The notes under the pieces: generated by a model
The model's input: only the letters and a program-made list of their open reading frames with translations
Database searches by the model: none
Told to the model about the DNA's origin: nothing
Translations under genes and position numbers: made by a program
Origin: Hadesarchaea archaeon
GTDB taxonomy: Archaea; Hadarchaeota; Hadarchaeia; Hadarchaeales; Hadarchaeaceae
Length of the DNA: 64,000 bases
Reading direction: 5' to 3'
NCBI GenBank assembly: GCA_004375695.1
Contig: SOKQ01000021.1
Location: forward strand, 11,505 to 75,504
Shown: piece after piece, positions 56,408 to 64,000 of the stretch
Numbering within the stretch: the first letter of the stretch is position 1
How the letters are laid out: the number at the start of each line of letters is the position of its first letter

Positions 56408-57858
56408 GGATGAAAATAGGGTTCGAGATCCACGAGCAGCTAGCAACCAAACGCAAATTATGCTGTGATTGCCCAACTGATTACAGGGAGGCTCCTCCAA
56501 ACACGAATGTATGTCCGATATGCACGGCCATGCCCGGTGCCAAGCCCATGCCACCAAACGTGAAGGCGGTTGATGCAGTAATCGAGCTTGCGCTGATGCT
56601 TGGCTGTGAGGTGGTGCTTGACCAACCGATCTACGTCCAACGCAAGCACTACGATTACCCCGACCTACCCGCTGGTTATCAACACTCGAGCACACCGATT
56701 GGCATAAACGGTGAGCTCGTGGGCGTCAGGATTCGAGAAGTGCATCTCGAGGAGGACCCGGGGGCATATGATCCTGTTGCAGGAACCGTAGATTTCAACC
56801 GCTGTGGAGTACCGCTCGTGGAGATAGTGACGGAGCCGGATATGCACTCGCCCGAGGAGGCCCGTAGATTCCTAAGACAGTTGATGCTTGTGCTCGACTA
56901 TTCAGGCAGAGTCAGGCCGGAACCGGGCACGCTGCGCGCAGATACCAATATTTCGCTTGAAGGTGGAACCCGAGTCGAAATAAAAAATATTAATTCAACT
57001 AAGGGGGCCTATCGCGCGGTCAAGTTCGAGGTTATGCGGCAGAAGGCTTTGATCGAGCGCGGGGCGGTTATCCCATATGAAACGCGTGCTTATCTGGAAA
57101 GTCAAATGATTACGGTACCCATGCGAATGAAAGTCGTAGATTTTCATGTTATACCGGATCCTGACATTTTCCCAATCGTCATAGATCGCGCACGTGTCGA
57201 GACGATCCGAAAGCGCATGGTCGAGGTACCTCACCAACGCGAGCAGCGATTGGTCAAACAGTATCAAATATCCCAAGCTGTGGCGGGAGTTATCGTCAGT
57301 GAACGAGAACTTGCAGACCTCTTCGAGGCTGTCGCAAAAGAGGTGGACCCGAAGCTCGTCGCGACTTGGTTCCAGACAAATCTCAAGAAGGTACTCAATT
57401 ATATGAAACTCCGCGCGGCGGATGTGCGGTTTACACCAGAGCAGTTCGGGGGATTGCTCCGAATGGTCAAGGATAAGCGGATAACTCCTGAACAGGGAGA
57501 GCTCGTGCTCCGGGAGCTCGTAAAGCAGCCAGCCGAACTCGAGAAGCTGCTTCGAAGGATTGGGATACCCATCACGGTTGAGCTCAGGGAGAAAATAAAA
57601 TTGGAAGACAGGCTAAAGGTAGTCCCCCTCAAACATGGTGAACTCGAGGCCGCCGTGGTCAAAACACTCGAGGAGAACCCCAAGGCGGTCGAGGACTACC
57701 TGAAGGGGCGAAAGGAGGCCTTGAATTTCTTGGCCGGAAAGGTGATGAAGCTCACGCGGGGGCGAGCTGACCCAAGGGAAATCCTAAAATTCCTGAGTGC
57801 GAAACTCAAGGGGAAGAAAAAGCGCCGTGTCAGTCGCCGAACAAAGCGTTCAAAATAA
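56404..57858 (+). CDS. gatB: Amidotransferase subunit GatB
   Basis: GFEIH, RKHY.YPDLP, HLEED, EIVTEPD, EIKN; Yqey-like tail. Confidence 0.93.
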   Translation: MRMKIGFEIHEQLATKRKLCCDCPTDYREAPPNTNVCPICTAMPGAKPMPPNVKAVDAVIELALMLGCEVVLDQPIYVQRKHYDYPDLPAGYQHSSTPIGINGELVGVRIREVHLEEDPGAYDPVAGTVDFNRCGVPLVEIVTEPDMHSPEEARRFLRQLMLVLDYSGRVRPEPGTLRADTNISLEGGTRVEIKNINSTKGAYRAVKFEVMRQKALIERGAVIPYETRAYLESQMITVPMRMKVVDFHVIPDPDIFPIVIDRARVETIRKRMVEVPHQREQRLVKQYQISQAVAGVIVSERELADLFEAVAKEVDPKLVATWFQTNLKKVLNYMKLRAADVRFTPEQFGGLLRMVKDKRITPEQGELVLRELVKQPAELEKLLRRIGIPITVELREKIKLEDRLKVVPLKHGELEAAVVKTLEENPKAVEDYLKGRKEALNFLAGKVMKLTRGRADPREILKFLSAKLKGKKKRRVSRRTKRSK

Positions 57859-58885
57859 TTTCCGGCTTGAACTCGACCAGATCTTCGTAGCCCTGTCCAG
57901 TGCCCAAAAACAAAATCGGTTGCCCTGTCACTTGGGTTATCGAGAGAGCGGCGCCTCCCCGGGAGTCGGCATCCATCTTGCACAGAATTGAACCGTTTAT
58001 CCCTACGACTTGGTCAAACGTTCGCGCCTGCTCGACCGCATCGTTTCCCGTTAGGGCATCCCCAACAAAAATCGTGAGGTCGGGTTTCGCTACCCGTATG
58101 ATTTTCCGCATCTCGTCCATGAGGTTGAGATCGGTCTGCATCCGCCCAGCTGTATCGACGAGGACGACATCGAGCCCTCGGGCCTTTGCATGGGCGATCG
58201 CGTCGTAAGCAACTGCCGCGGCGTCGGCTCCCCTTCGCTGTTTGATCACCCCAACGCCTACACGCTTGGCGTGAATCTCAAGCTGCTCGATGCCAGCCGC
58301 GCGGAAGGTGTCTGCAGCCGCGAGTACTGGTTTGTACCCGTGCCCGATGAGATATCGTGCCAACTTGGCGATTGTTGTGGTTTTACCGTGACCATTGATT
58401 CCAACAAAAACTATCACAGCGGGTTCACCCTCGGCGCGCTTGGCTTCGATGACCTTGAGTAAATCAACCTTTTGCTCGGTTGTCAGAATTTCTTGAATCG
58501 CCTGACGGAGGACTTCATCCGCGAGTTTCTTGGGGTTCTCCCGCAGCCCCAGCTTTCGTCCCGTTAGGCCAGCCTTCACGCGCTCGATGATGTGGTCGGC
58601 AACTGGCACCGCGACATCGCTCTCGAGCAGGCCAACTTGAAGCTCCCAGACGATGTCCTCGACATCCGTTGGGGAGAGCTCCCTCCGGATGATGCGCTTC
58701 ACTACCCGCTTCAACGTTTTGCGCGGTTTTTTGGGAGGTGGGACTTTTGAGGGGGTTTTGGGCGGGACTTCTGGAGGGATCTCTGGAAGAACTTCGGGTG
58801 GCGCTTCAGGTGGTTCCTCGGGGGCCGCCTTCTGACTAATACGTTCCACTACACGTTTGAGCTTCTTCTTCAGTTTCTCAAACAT
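57830..58885 (-). CDS. ftsY: SRP receptor FtsY
   Basis: G.NG.GKTTT, DTFRAA, DTAGR, K.D. Confidence 0.96.
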   Translation of the reverse strand: MFEKLKKKLKRVVERISQKAAPEEPPEAPPEVLPEIPPEVPPKTPSKVPPPKKPRKTLKRVVKRIIRRELSPTDVEDIVWELQVGLLESDVAVPVADHIIERVKAGLTGRKLGLRENPKKLADEVLRQAIQEILTTEQKVDLLKVIEAKRAEGEPAVIVFVGINGHGKTTTIAKLARYLIGHGYKPVLAAADTFRAAGIEQLEIHAKRVGVGVIKQRRGADAAAVAYDAIAHAKARGLDVVLVDTAGRMQTDLNLMDEMRKIIRVAKPDLTIFVGDALTGNDAVEQARTFDQVVGINGSILCKMDADSRGGAALSITQVTGQPILFLGTGQGYEDLVEFKPEIILNALFGD

Positions 58886-58894
58886 CGAGCTCCC

Positions 58895-59338
58895 CTAGGG
58901 CTGCTCTTTTCGGGATTTCTCGAGGAGCCGCTCCGCCTCTGGCGTAAGGGCTTCGATTCGCTCATCCAGTTTTTCCAGTTCCTCGCGCGTCTTGTTCAAA
59001 GCTTGCTCGAGCTCCGCCATTCGATCTTGAAGCGTCACGATTGCATCGATGATACTGCGCTCAGCAGCGACATCTGCGCCCAGCCCTGTGATCACTTTCT
59101 CCGTCGTTCCCAACTTGGCGGAAATGAAAGAGTCGGAGCCTATGGGCACGAGGATATCGGTCCCCGGTTTAAGTCTTTTTATCGTCTTAATCGCCTCAAC
59201 GGTCATCGAGAGCTCGGAAAGTGATGCGGTAAGCAACGAGAGGTTTTGGCGAAGGGCCTCAGTCGTTGCTTGGTGGTTGCGAAGCTCGCTTAGGATGCGC
59301 TGCAGTTTTTTCTGCTCCTCTTCATTTATCTTTTCCAT
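58895..59338 (-). CDS. pfdA: Prefoldin alpha
   Basis: Coiled coils around ILVPIG and GLGA hairpins; conserved operon. Confidence 0.92.
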   Translation of the reverse strand: MEKINEEEQKKLQRILSELRNHQATTEALRQNLSLLTASLSELSMTVEAIKTIKRLKPGTDILVPIGSDSFISAKLGTTEKVITGLGADVAAERSIIDAIVTLQDRMAELEQALNKTREELEKLDERIEALTPEAERLLEKSRKEQP

Positions 59339-59342
59339 CCTA

Positions 59343-59564
59343 TCACTCCAACATAGCCAGCACTTGAGGATCTTTTACCTCTTCGGGTTTAACTTCGATT
59401 GCCTCTTCTATATGGATTAGGTTGCGTTTAACCCGGTGCTTGCTCCCGACATCTGAGTAAATCCGCTCGAGAGCCTGCTCTTTCGAGAGCGCCAGCAGCT
59501 CGCGCGTGAAGCGCTGGCGGTAGAGCCCCTGCTTGAACCAACCCTGAATGCGAAATATTTTCAT
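59343..59564 (-). CDS. rpl18a: Ribosomal protein eL20 (L18a/LX)
   Basis: YS.VGSKHRVKR. Confidence 0.92.
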   Translation of the reverse strand: MKIFRIQGWFKQGLYRQRFTRELLALSKEQALERIYSDVGSKHRVKRNLIHIEEAIEVKPEEVKDPQVLAMLE

Positions 59565-59573
59565 TTAACCACC

Positions 59574-60236
59574 TTAGATGAACCCCAATGCGCTCTCCAC
59601 GCGGCCTAACTCGGGGCCTGTCGTGGACCTGCCCGCGATTACCCCATTAGAATTTGCTACCAAACATAACCCAACATACTTCACCCCGCTGCACGCGGTG
59701 CCGACTTCCGTGAGCACGCCAAGAACACTCGAAATGTGTTTGAGTTCCTCGTTAGACACGTCTGGATGTGCGAGCACCCCTCGATTTGTTGCCACGCCTG
59801 CTGCTCCCACGTTTTTGACCCCCGCAATCGTTCCTCGCTCCACGGGCACGCCTAAGTTCTTACTTATGAGTTTTAAAATCTCATCGGGAAGGTCGGGGTT
59901 CACAATAGCGCCGTGGTCGTTCGCCAGCACGAGATTTCCGAACGCCGTGTATTGCCCAGGAATGCGTGAAACTCTCACTCCAAGCTCGGTAAGCCGCCCC
60001 TCCTCCTCGGACTCAAGCAACTCAGAGCACACGAGCACATTAGAGTTGCCAGCAGCCAGAATACCCAGCAAGGGGCTATTGTGCATGTTCGCCCGGGCTA
60101 CCGGTACACCCAGCGCATCTTCTACGATCTGCTCTCGAACGTGAAAGCGCTTGGGGAGAAGCGCGATTTTGTCTGTGGTTAGGGCGAAAGCTCCCAAGAA
60201 CGGAATTCGATTGAAGCTCAGCCTGACAATCGACAT
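59574..60236 (-). CDS. eif6: Translation initiation factor 6
   Basis: GNLVLAND.GA, TN.G.L.HP, TTGPEL. Confidence 0.95.
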   Translation of the reverse strand: MSIVRLSFNRIPFLGAFALTTDKIALLPKRFHVREQIVEDALGVPVARANMHNSPLLGILAAGNSNVLVCSELLESEEEGRLTELGVRVSRIPGQYTAFGNLVLANDHGAIVNPDLPDEILKLISKNLGVPVERGTIAGVKNVGAAGVATNRGVLAHPDVSNEELKHISSVLGVLTEVGTACSGVKYVGLCLVANSNGVIAGRSTTGPELGRVESALGFI

Positions 60237-60245
60237 GGCGCCACC

Positions 60246-60497
60246 TTATTCTGCCAAAAAAGCTTCGATCGAACCATCATCCTGTTTGACGACCCGCACC
60301 CGGATTCGCGGCAGGTGGTGCTTCGCTCCTCGCTCCCAGAGCTTGCGATTCAACGCTTGATTGAGCTTTATCTCCTCAGACTTCATGTGGCGCCTCAGGA
60401 ACTCGTGCACGATCTTGACGGCCCGAGATGTCCGCCTTTGGCGGCGGGCACTTTTGGCTTCCCTTAGCGGGATGACATATATCCGCTCCTCTGGCAT
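60246..60497 (-). CDS. rpl31e: Ribosomal protein eL31
   Basis: ERIYVIPL, RAVK, LN..LW.RG. Confidence 0.95.
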   Translation of the reverse strand: MPEERIYVIPLREAKSARRQRRTSRAVKIVHEFLRRHMKSEEIKLNQALNRKLWERGAKHHLPRIRVRVVKQDDGSIEAFLAE

Positions 60498-60506
60498 GGG
60501 TATCAC

Positions 60507-60662
60507 CTAAGGTTTTATGCGCTGTCTCCGCCAGCTGCGCCGCTTCGAGTGGGTGCGAACTCTTCCCCCGGTCTTGGACATCACCCATATGGGGGCACGT
60601 CGCGTACGCTTGGCTGCTTTTCCCAGTCTTCGCTTAAGCGGAGCCGGTTTATTTCGCGCCAT
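60507..60662 (-). CDS. rpl39e: Ribosomal protein eL39 (51 aa, below ORF-track cutoff)
   Basis: Translated by hand: MARNKPAPLKRRLGKAAKRTRRAPIWVMSKT...KRRSWRR. Confidence 0.93.
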   Translation of the reverse strand: MARNKPAPLKRRLGKAAKRTRRAPIWVMSKTGGRVRTHSKRRSWRRQRIKP

Positions 60663-60998
60663 CTAAACCCTCCTTATCTTGAACTCGCGCTTCCGTGCCT
60701 GCAGCCGGCCCAAAATCTGGCGCAGCTGGGCGTCGGTAATCTTTGATCCGAGCTTTCCCGTTTGGGCTAACTGAATAAGCTGGATTTCTAGTTGCTCAGC
60801 GAACTCTGGTTTGGCCGCTCGAATGTTCGCCAGCCTGCTTCGGGCCTCGGGAGTTAGGATTTGCTGAATCGCCAGTCTTTTCTGAATCTCGTATTGTCTT
60901 CGTTGTTCAACTTGGCGTTGCTGTTCCTCAAGCTTCGCTCTCAGCTCGAGCATCTTTCGCTTGCGCAGTTCCTCGATTTCTTCTTCCTCCATTTTCAC
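60663..60998 (-). CDS. PDCD5-like DNA-binding protein
   Basis: LTPEARSRL.NI..AKPE, QLIQLAQ. Confidence 0.92.
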   Translation of the reverse strand: MKMEEEEIEELRKRKMLELRAKLEEQQRQVEQRRQYEIQKRLAIQQILTPEARSRLANIRAAKPEFAEQLEIQLIQLAQTGKLGSKITDAQLRQILGRLQARKREFKIRRV

Positions 60999-61435
60999 GC
61001 CTCCTTTTGCTCGGTCTTCATCTGTTTAGCCAAGTTATCGAGCATCGCTGCGCCTTTCTGGGTGAGCTTCCGCCCCCTCCGCTCGATCTTTCGCACGAGG
61101 CCAGCTTGCTCGAGCTGTTGAAGGATGGTGCGTAGAATCTTGCCCCCTGCCTTGCGAAAATGCTCGGGGGCCTGTCCGCGGTTCTGCCGTCCACCGTAAT
61201 AGCTACGGAGTCTCGAGATCCCCACAGGACCGTCGATGTAAATTCGTCTAAGTAGCGAGGCCGCGCGTGTGTACCACCAATCGGGTTGCTCTGGAAGACG
61301 CTCCTTGTGGACCCCGGTCTTGACGAAGTGGCTCCACTGGGGGGGCTGGAGCTCGCTCAACTTCTTAAGCTCCTCCTTCAATCGCGCGAGCAACGCTTTC
61401 GAATCGACTTCTCGAACTGTCATTTTCTCCACCAT
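60995..61435 (-). CDS. rps19e: Ribosomal protein eS19
   Basis: VKTG..KE, WWYTRAAS, LQQLE.AG. Confidence 0.96.
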   Translation of the reverse strand: MVEKMTVREVDSKALLARLKEELKKLSELQPPQWSHFVKTGVHKERLPEQPDWWYTRAASLLRRIYIDGPVGISRLRSYYGGRQNRGQAPEHFRKAGGKILRTILQQLEQAGLVRKIERRGRKLTQKGAAMLDNLAKQMKTEQKEA

Positions 61436-61468
61436 TAGCTTACTTTCGCCTATTCTTCGAGTTCATCG

Positions 61469-61825
61469 TTAATTAACATTATTACCGCTGGCCCTTGCAC
61501 GTTTTTGCTTGTAGGGTAAACGGGTGATCTTGCCGCAGCGCAGGCAGGTGATAATCACGCGAGGCGGATGGGGGCAAGTTCGGACGCGACATGTGACGCT
61601 GGGCACCCAGAAGCTCTTGCATCGTCTGCAGAATTTTCGCTTCAGGTGGGGCGGGAACCTGACGTTGTAGCGCGTCGCGAGCCTCCATGCGAGCTGCACG
61701 TACCGATCTGCGAGCTCGGGGCGCCTGCCAAATATCTCCTCAGCTAGTTCGAGTAGGTGCTCCATGCGCTCGGCTGCAATTCGCTTGTGTTCGGCTTTTC
61801 GTTCTTGGATAGCTCTACGTGACAT
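61469..61825 (-). CDS. rnp4: RNase P protein Rpp21
   Basis: IA.ER, RYV.LA, CRRC...CLRCG. Confidence 0.9.
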   Translation of the reverse strand: MSRRAIQERKAEHKRIAAERMEHLLELAEEIFGRRPELADRYVQLAWRLATRYNVRFPPHLKRKFCRRCKSFWVPSVTCRVRTCPHPPRVIITCLRCGKITRLPYKQKRARASGNNVN

Positions 61826-61829
61826 TTGA

Positions 61830-62534
61830 TCACCTGCCAAGCCTGATTTTCTGGATATCGAAAGCATCCTCGTATGCAAAAATCGCCCTCATCAAAACAG
61901 TCGGCGCACGAAGGGGTTCTGGATCTATGCTCACGAGCTCATTCGAAAGCTCGGTTACATTGGACAGGAAATCACCGTGAGGGAATCCGCCGATGATGAC
62001 GCATGTTTCGTCCTCTTTCGAAACATTGCTGAAGAGGTCTTTGTAATGTTGTATCTGCCCCCGCTGACTGAATGATATAACTTTTTTCGGTTTGATTCGC
62101 CCGACCAGCTCGACAAGCGAGGCATTTTCGAGGCGGAGCAAAGGTTTTCCCGGCGGCGTTTCACCCGTGAGGAAGAGGTGCTCGATTAGTCCCACGAATC
62201 GATTGAACGCCCGGGGGAGGCGGGTGGATGGGTCCACGGTGATGACTTTGTTGTGACGGGTATGTACGTAGGTGCGAAGTAGTCCTTCTCGGTTGAGGGG
62301 TGTGTCGAGCGCGAGCAACAAACAAACGTGCACGATGTCCGGCCTCCCCCGCCGGTCACCATCAGGCAGCCTTCGCATCGCAGGGTAATGGAGGCTCGAG
62401 TTGAGCAATATTTCTGTCGGTCTCCTTCCTAGGCGTCGCGCGCTCCACTTGATGACGCGGTGGTTAGCGATCTCCCGAGGCACGGTTTCGAGCTCGGAGT
62501 CCGCTAGGATTAGGTGAAGCATCTCGAGCACCAA
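61830..62534 (-). CDS. nep1: Nep1/Emg1 16S rRNA pseudouridine N1-methyltransferase
   Basis: RGRPDIVH, RLPR.FNRF.GL, IGGFPHG. Confidence 0.93.
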   Translation of the reverse strand: MVLEMLHLILADSELETVPREIANHRVIKWSARRLGRRPTEILLNSSLHYPAMRRLPDGDRRGRPDIVHVCLLLALDTPLNREGLLRTYVHTRHNKVITVDPSTRLPRAFNRFVGLIEHLFLTGETPPGKPLLRLENASLVELVGRIKPKKVISFSQRGQIQHYKDLFSNVSKEDETCVIIGGFPHGDFLSNVTELSNELVSIDPEPLRAPTVLMRAIFAYEDAFDIQKIRLGR

Positions 62535-62621
62535 CCCAACTTCGGCAAAGGGCTATTTTAATCTAAGACAAACAGGACATACGCTACGATAAGAGATTGA
62601 AATACACTCGCGTGGGATTGA

Positions 62622-63311
62622 ATGTTTCCTTTGAAAGACGAGAATCCAACGCGGCGAAGACCTGTCCTCACCTACACTTTGATTGTCGTAAACGTCGCGA
62701 TCTTCTTAGGGGCGCTGGTTACGGGGACCTTCAATCAAATTAACCAAGAATTCGGGATGAAGCCGAAAGAAGTGTTTGCGGGGCAGAACATTCACACCCT
62801 TTTCACCTCGATGTTCTTGCACGGGGGGGTTCTGCACATTCTCTTTAACATGTGGTATCTCTGGATTTTCGGCGACAACATCGAGGACGTGCTGGGGAGG
62901 GGTAAATTCATCCTGTTCTACCTCGGCGCGGGGCTGGCGGCGAGCTTCGTGCATGCGTTTTCTGACCCGGGGTCGATGATTCCGACGATTGGGGCGTCAG
63001 GAGCGATTGCGGGAGTGCTCGGGGCTTACGCGCTTCTGTACCCGTGGGCGAGGGTGCACACGGCCGTCATTTTCTTTTACATTATTCACTTGGTCATGGT
63101 TCCGGCTGTGGTGATGATAGGGTTCTGGTTCGTGCTTCAGGTGATTTCGGCGTCCGTGCTTTGGGCGGCAGGGGCGACCGCAGGGGTGGCGTACTGGGCG
63201 CACATCGGAGGCTTCCTTGCGGGCATGCTCTTGATTTTGCCGGTGTGGATGAAGCTCAGAAAGCGTAGGCGAGCGAGGCAGGAAGAAGCATTAACTTTCG
63301 GGATAAGGTGA
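62622..63311 (+). CDS. Rhomboid-family intramembrane serine protease
   Basis: MFLHGG..H..FNM, GASGA, AHIGGF. Confidence 0.93.
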   Translation: MFPLKDENPTRRRPVLTYTLIVVNVAIFLGALVTGTFNQINQEFGMKPKEVFAGQNIHTLFTSMFLHGGVLHILFNMWYLWIFGDNIEDVLGRGKFILFYLGAGLAASFVHAFSDPGSMIPTIGASGAIAGVLGAYALLYPWARVHTAVIFFYIIHLVMVPAVVMIGFWFVLQVISASVLWAAGATAGVAYWAHIGGFLAGMLLILPVWMKLRKRRRARQEEALTFGIR

Positions 63312-63382
63312 GCTTTTTAGTTTTTGGCCATAGGCTTTGCACATAAATTCGGTACTAACATAAAATCCATGTTTTTTGCTCT

Positions 63383-64000
63383 TCATTCACCTTCAAACTT
63401 TTGTCTGTAAAGGAATATTGCCGCGGGGATGACCAAGACCACAACGATTATCCCCGCCACGATTTCCCACGGGAATGGCACTACGGTAACGGTCAAAGTG
63501 TATGTACAGATGTGGGTCTTCTCTCCTCCCGTGCCCGTTATGGTGATCGAGTATGTTCCCGCCGGAGTCGTCGAGGCAGTCGAGATCGTCAGCGTTGAGG
63601 TGAAGCTCAGCGTTCCGGAGGAAGGGCTGAAGCTGGCGGTCGAGCCCGAGGGCAGACCCGAAGCCGACATGCTCACTGTGCTGGCGAACCCGGCAATGGG
63701 CGAGACGGAAACGGTCGCGCTTGCGGGTTCTCCCTGAACGGCCTCGCCGCTCATCGGGCTAACCGAGACCAAGAAGTCTGGGATCACGAGCGGATATTTG
63801 TCTTGGTTAGTCCCGCCCAAGATTGGCCGGGGCTCATCCACTACTCTGTCATTATCGGCGTCGGGGTAGTCGGAGGTCTGCCAGTCGCTCCAGTAGTTCC
63901 CTTCCCCGTTTTTGTCCCAGTAGTTGGTGCCGTCGTCGCAGGCGTTGTTAAGCGTGTTGTTCAGCAGGTAGTTGTGGAAGATTGTGTTGTAGTTTGGCGA
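63383..64000 (-). CDS. Surface protein, 5'-partial: NosD/beta-helix end + Ser/Thr-rich Ig-like domain + C-terminal TM anchor
   Basis: GNYWSD...D.YPL NosD-type ending; SGLPSG..ASFSP, TPAGTY.ITITG; terminal hydrophobic helix; frame open to window edge. Confidence 0.75.
   Translation of the reverse strand, partial: SPNYNTIFHNYLLNNTLNNACDDGTNYWDKNGEGNYWSDWQTSDYPDADNDRVVDEPRPILGGTNQDKYPLVIPDFLVSVSPMSGEAVQGEPASATVSVSPIAGFASTVSMSASGLPSGSTASFSPSSGTLSFTSTLTISTASTTPAGTYSITITGTGGEKTHICTYTLTVTVVPFPWEIVAGIIVVVLVIPAAIFLYRQKFEGE

Noticed and set aside
58735..58825. Degenerate 12-bp repeats in ftsY (PPEx)
   Set aside because: Ordinary low-complexity linker of the FtsY N-terminal region.

Overview
This is a gene-dense archaeal chromosomal segment. 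It has a histone, egsA, proteasome beta, aCPSF1, FtsZ/SepF, archaeal r-proteins, AlaRS, LeuRS and GatCAB. The gene set suggests an anaerobic, FtsZ-dividing lineage of the euryarchaeal branch (Hadarchaeota-like is my guess, not demonstrable here). The window holds a mixed accessory block (1-10 kb, including a eukaryote-type topoisomerase IB), a nucleobase-catabolism cluster with an embedded histone, core information-processing operons, and a surface-glycosylation locus. It also has three tRNA genes, all with non-canonical BHB introns. Main discoveries: (1) Three integrase-less toxin/antitoxin micro-cassettes (hicBA, MNT-HEPN, Fic) each sit behind a gene 3' end and are closed by a diverged copy of that 3' end. 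The two tRNA-Arg relics and the intact gene show three different intron states. (2) An unannotated ~230-nt structured RNA candidate at 482-711 (-) has a TATA box and a U-tract. (3) GatA lacks its Ser nucleophile and GatB has an altered conserved loop. (4) An acyl-CoA synthetase alpha subunit lacks its phospho-His loop. I saw no CRISPR array, rRNA, transposase or integrase. All calls come from reading the sequence and motifs by eye; no searches were run.
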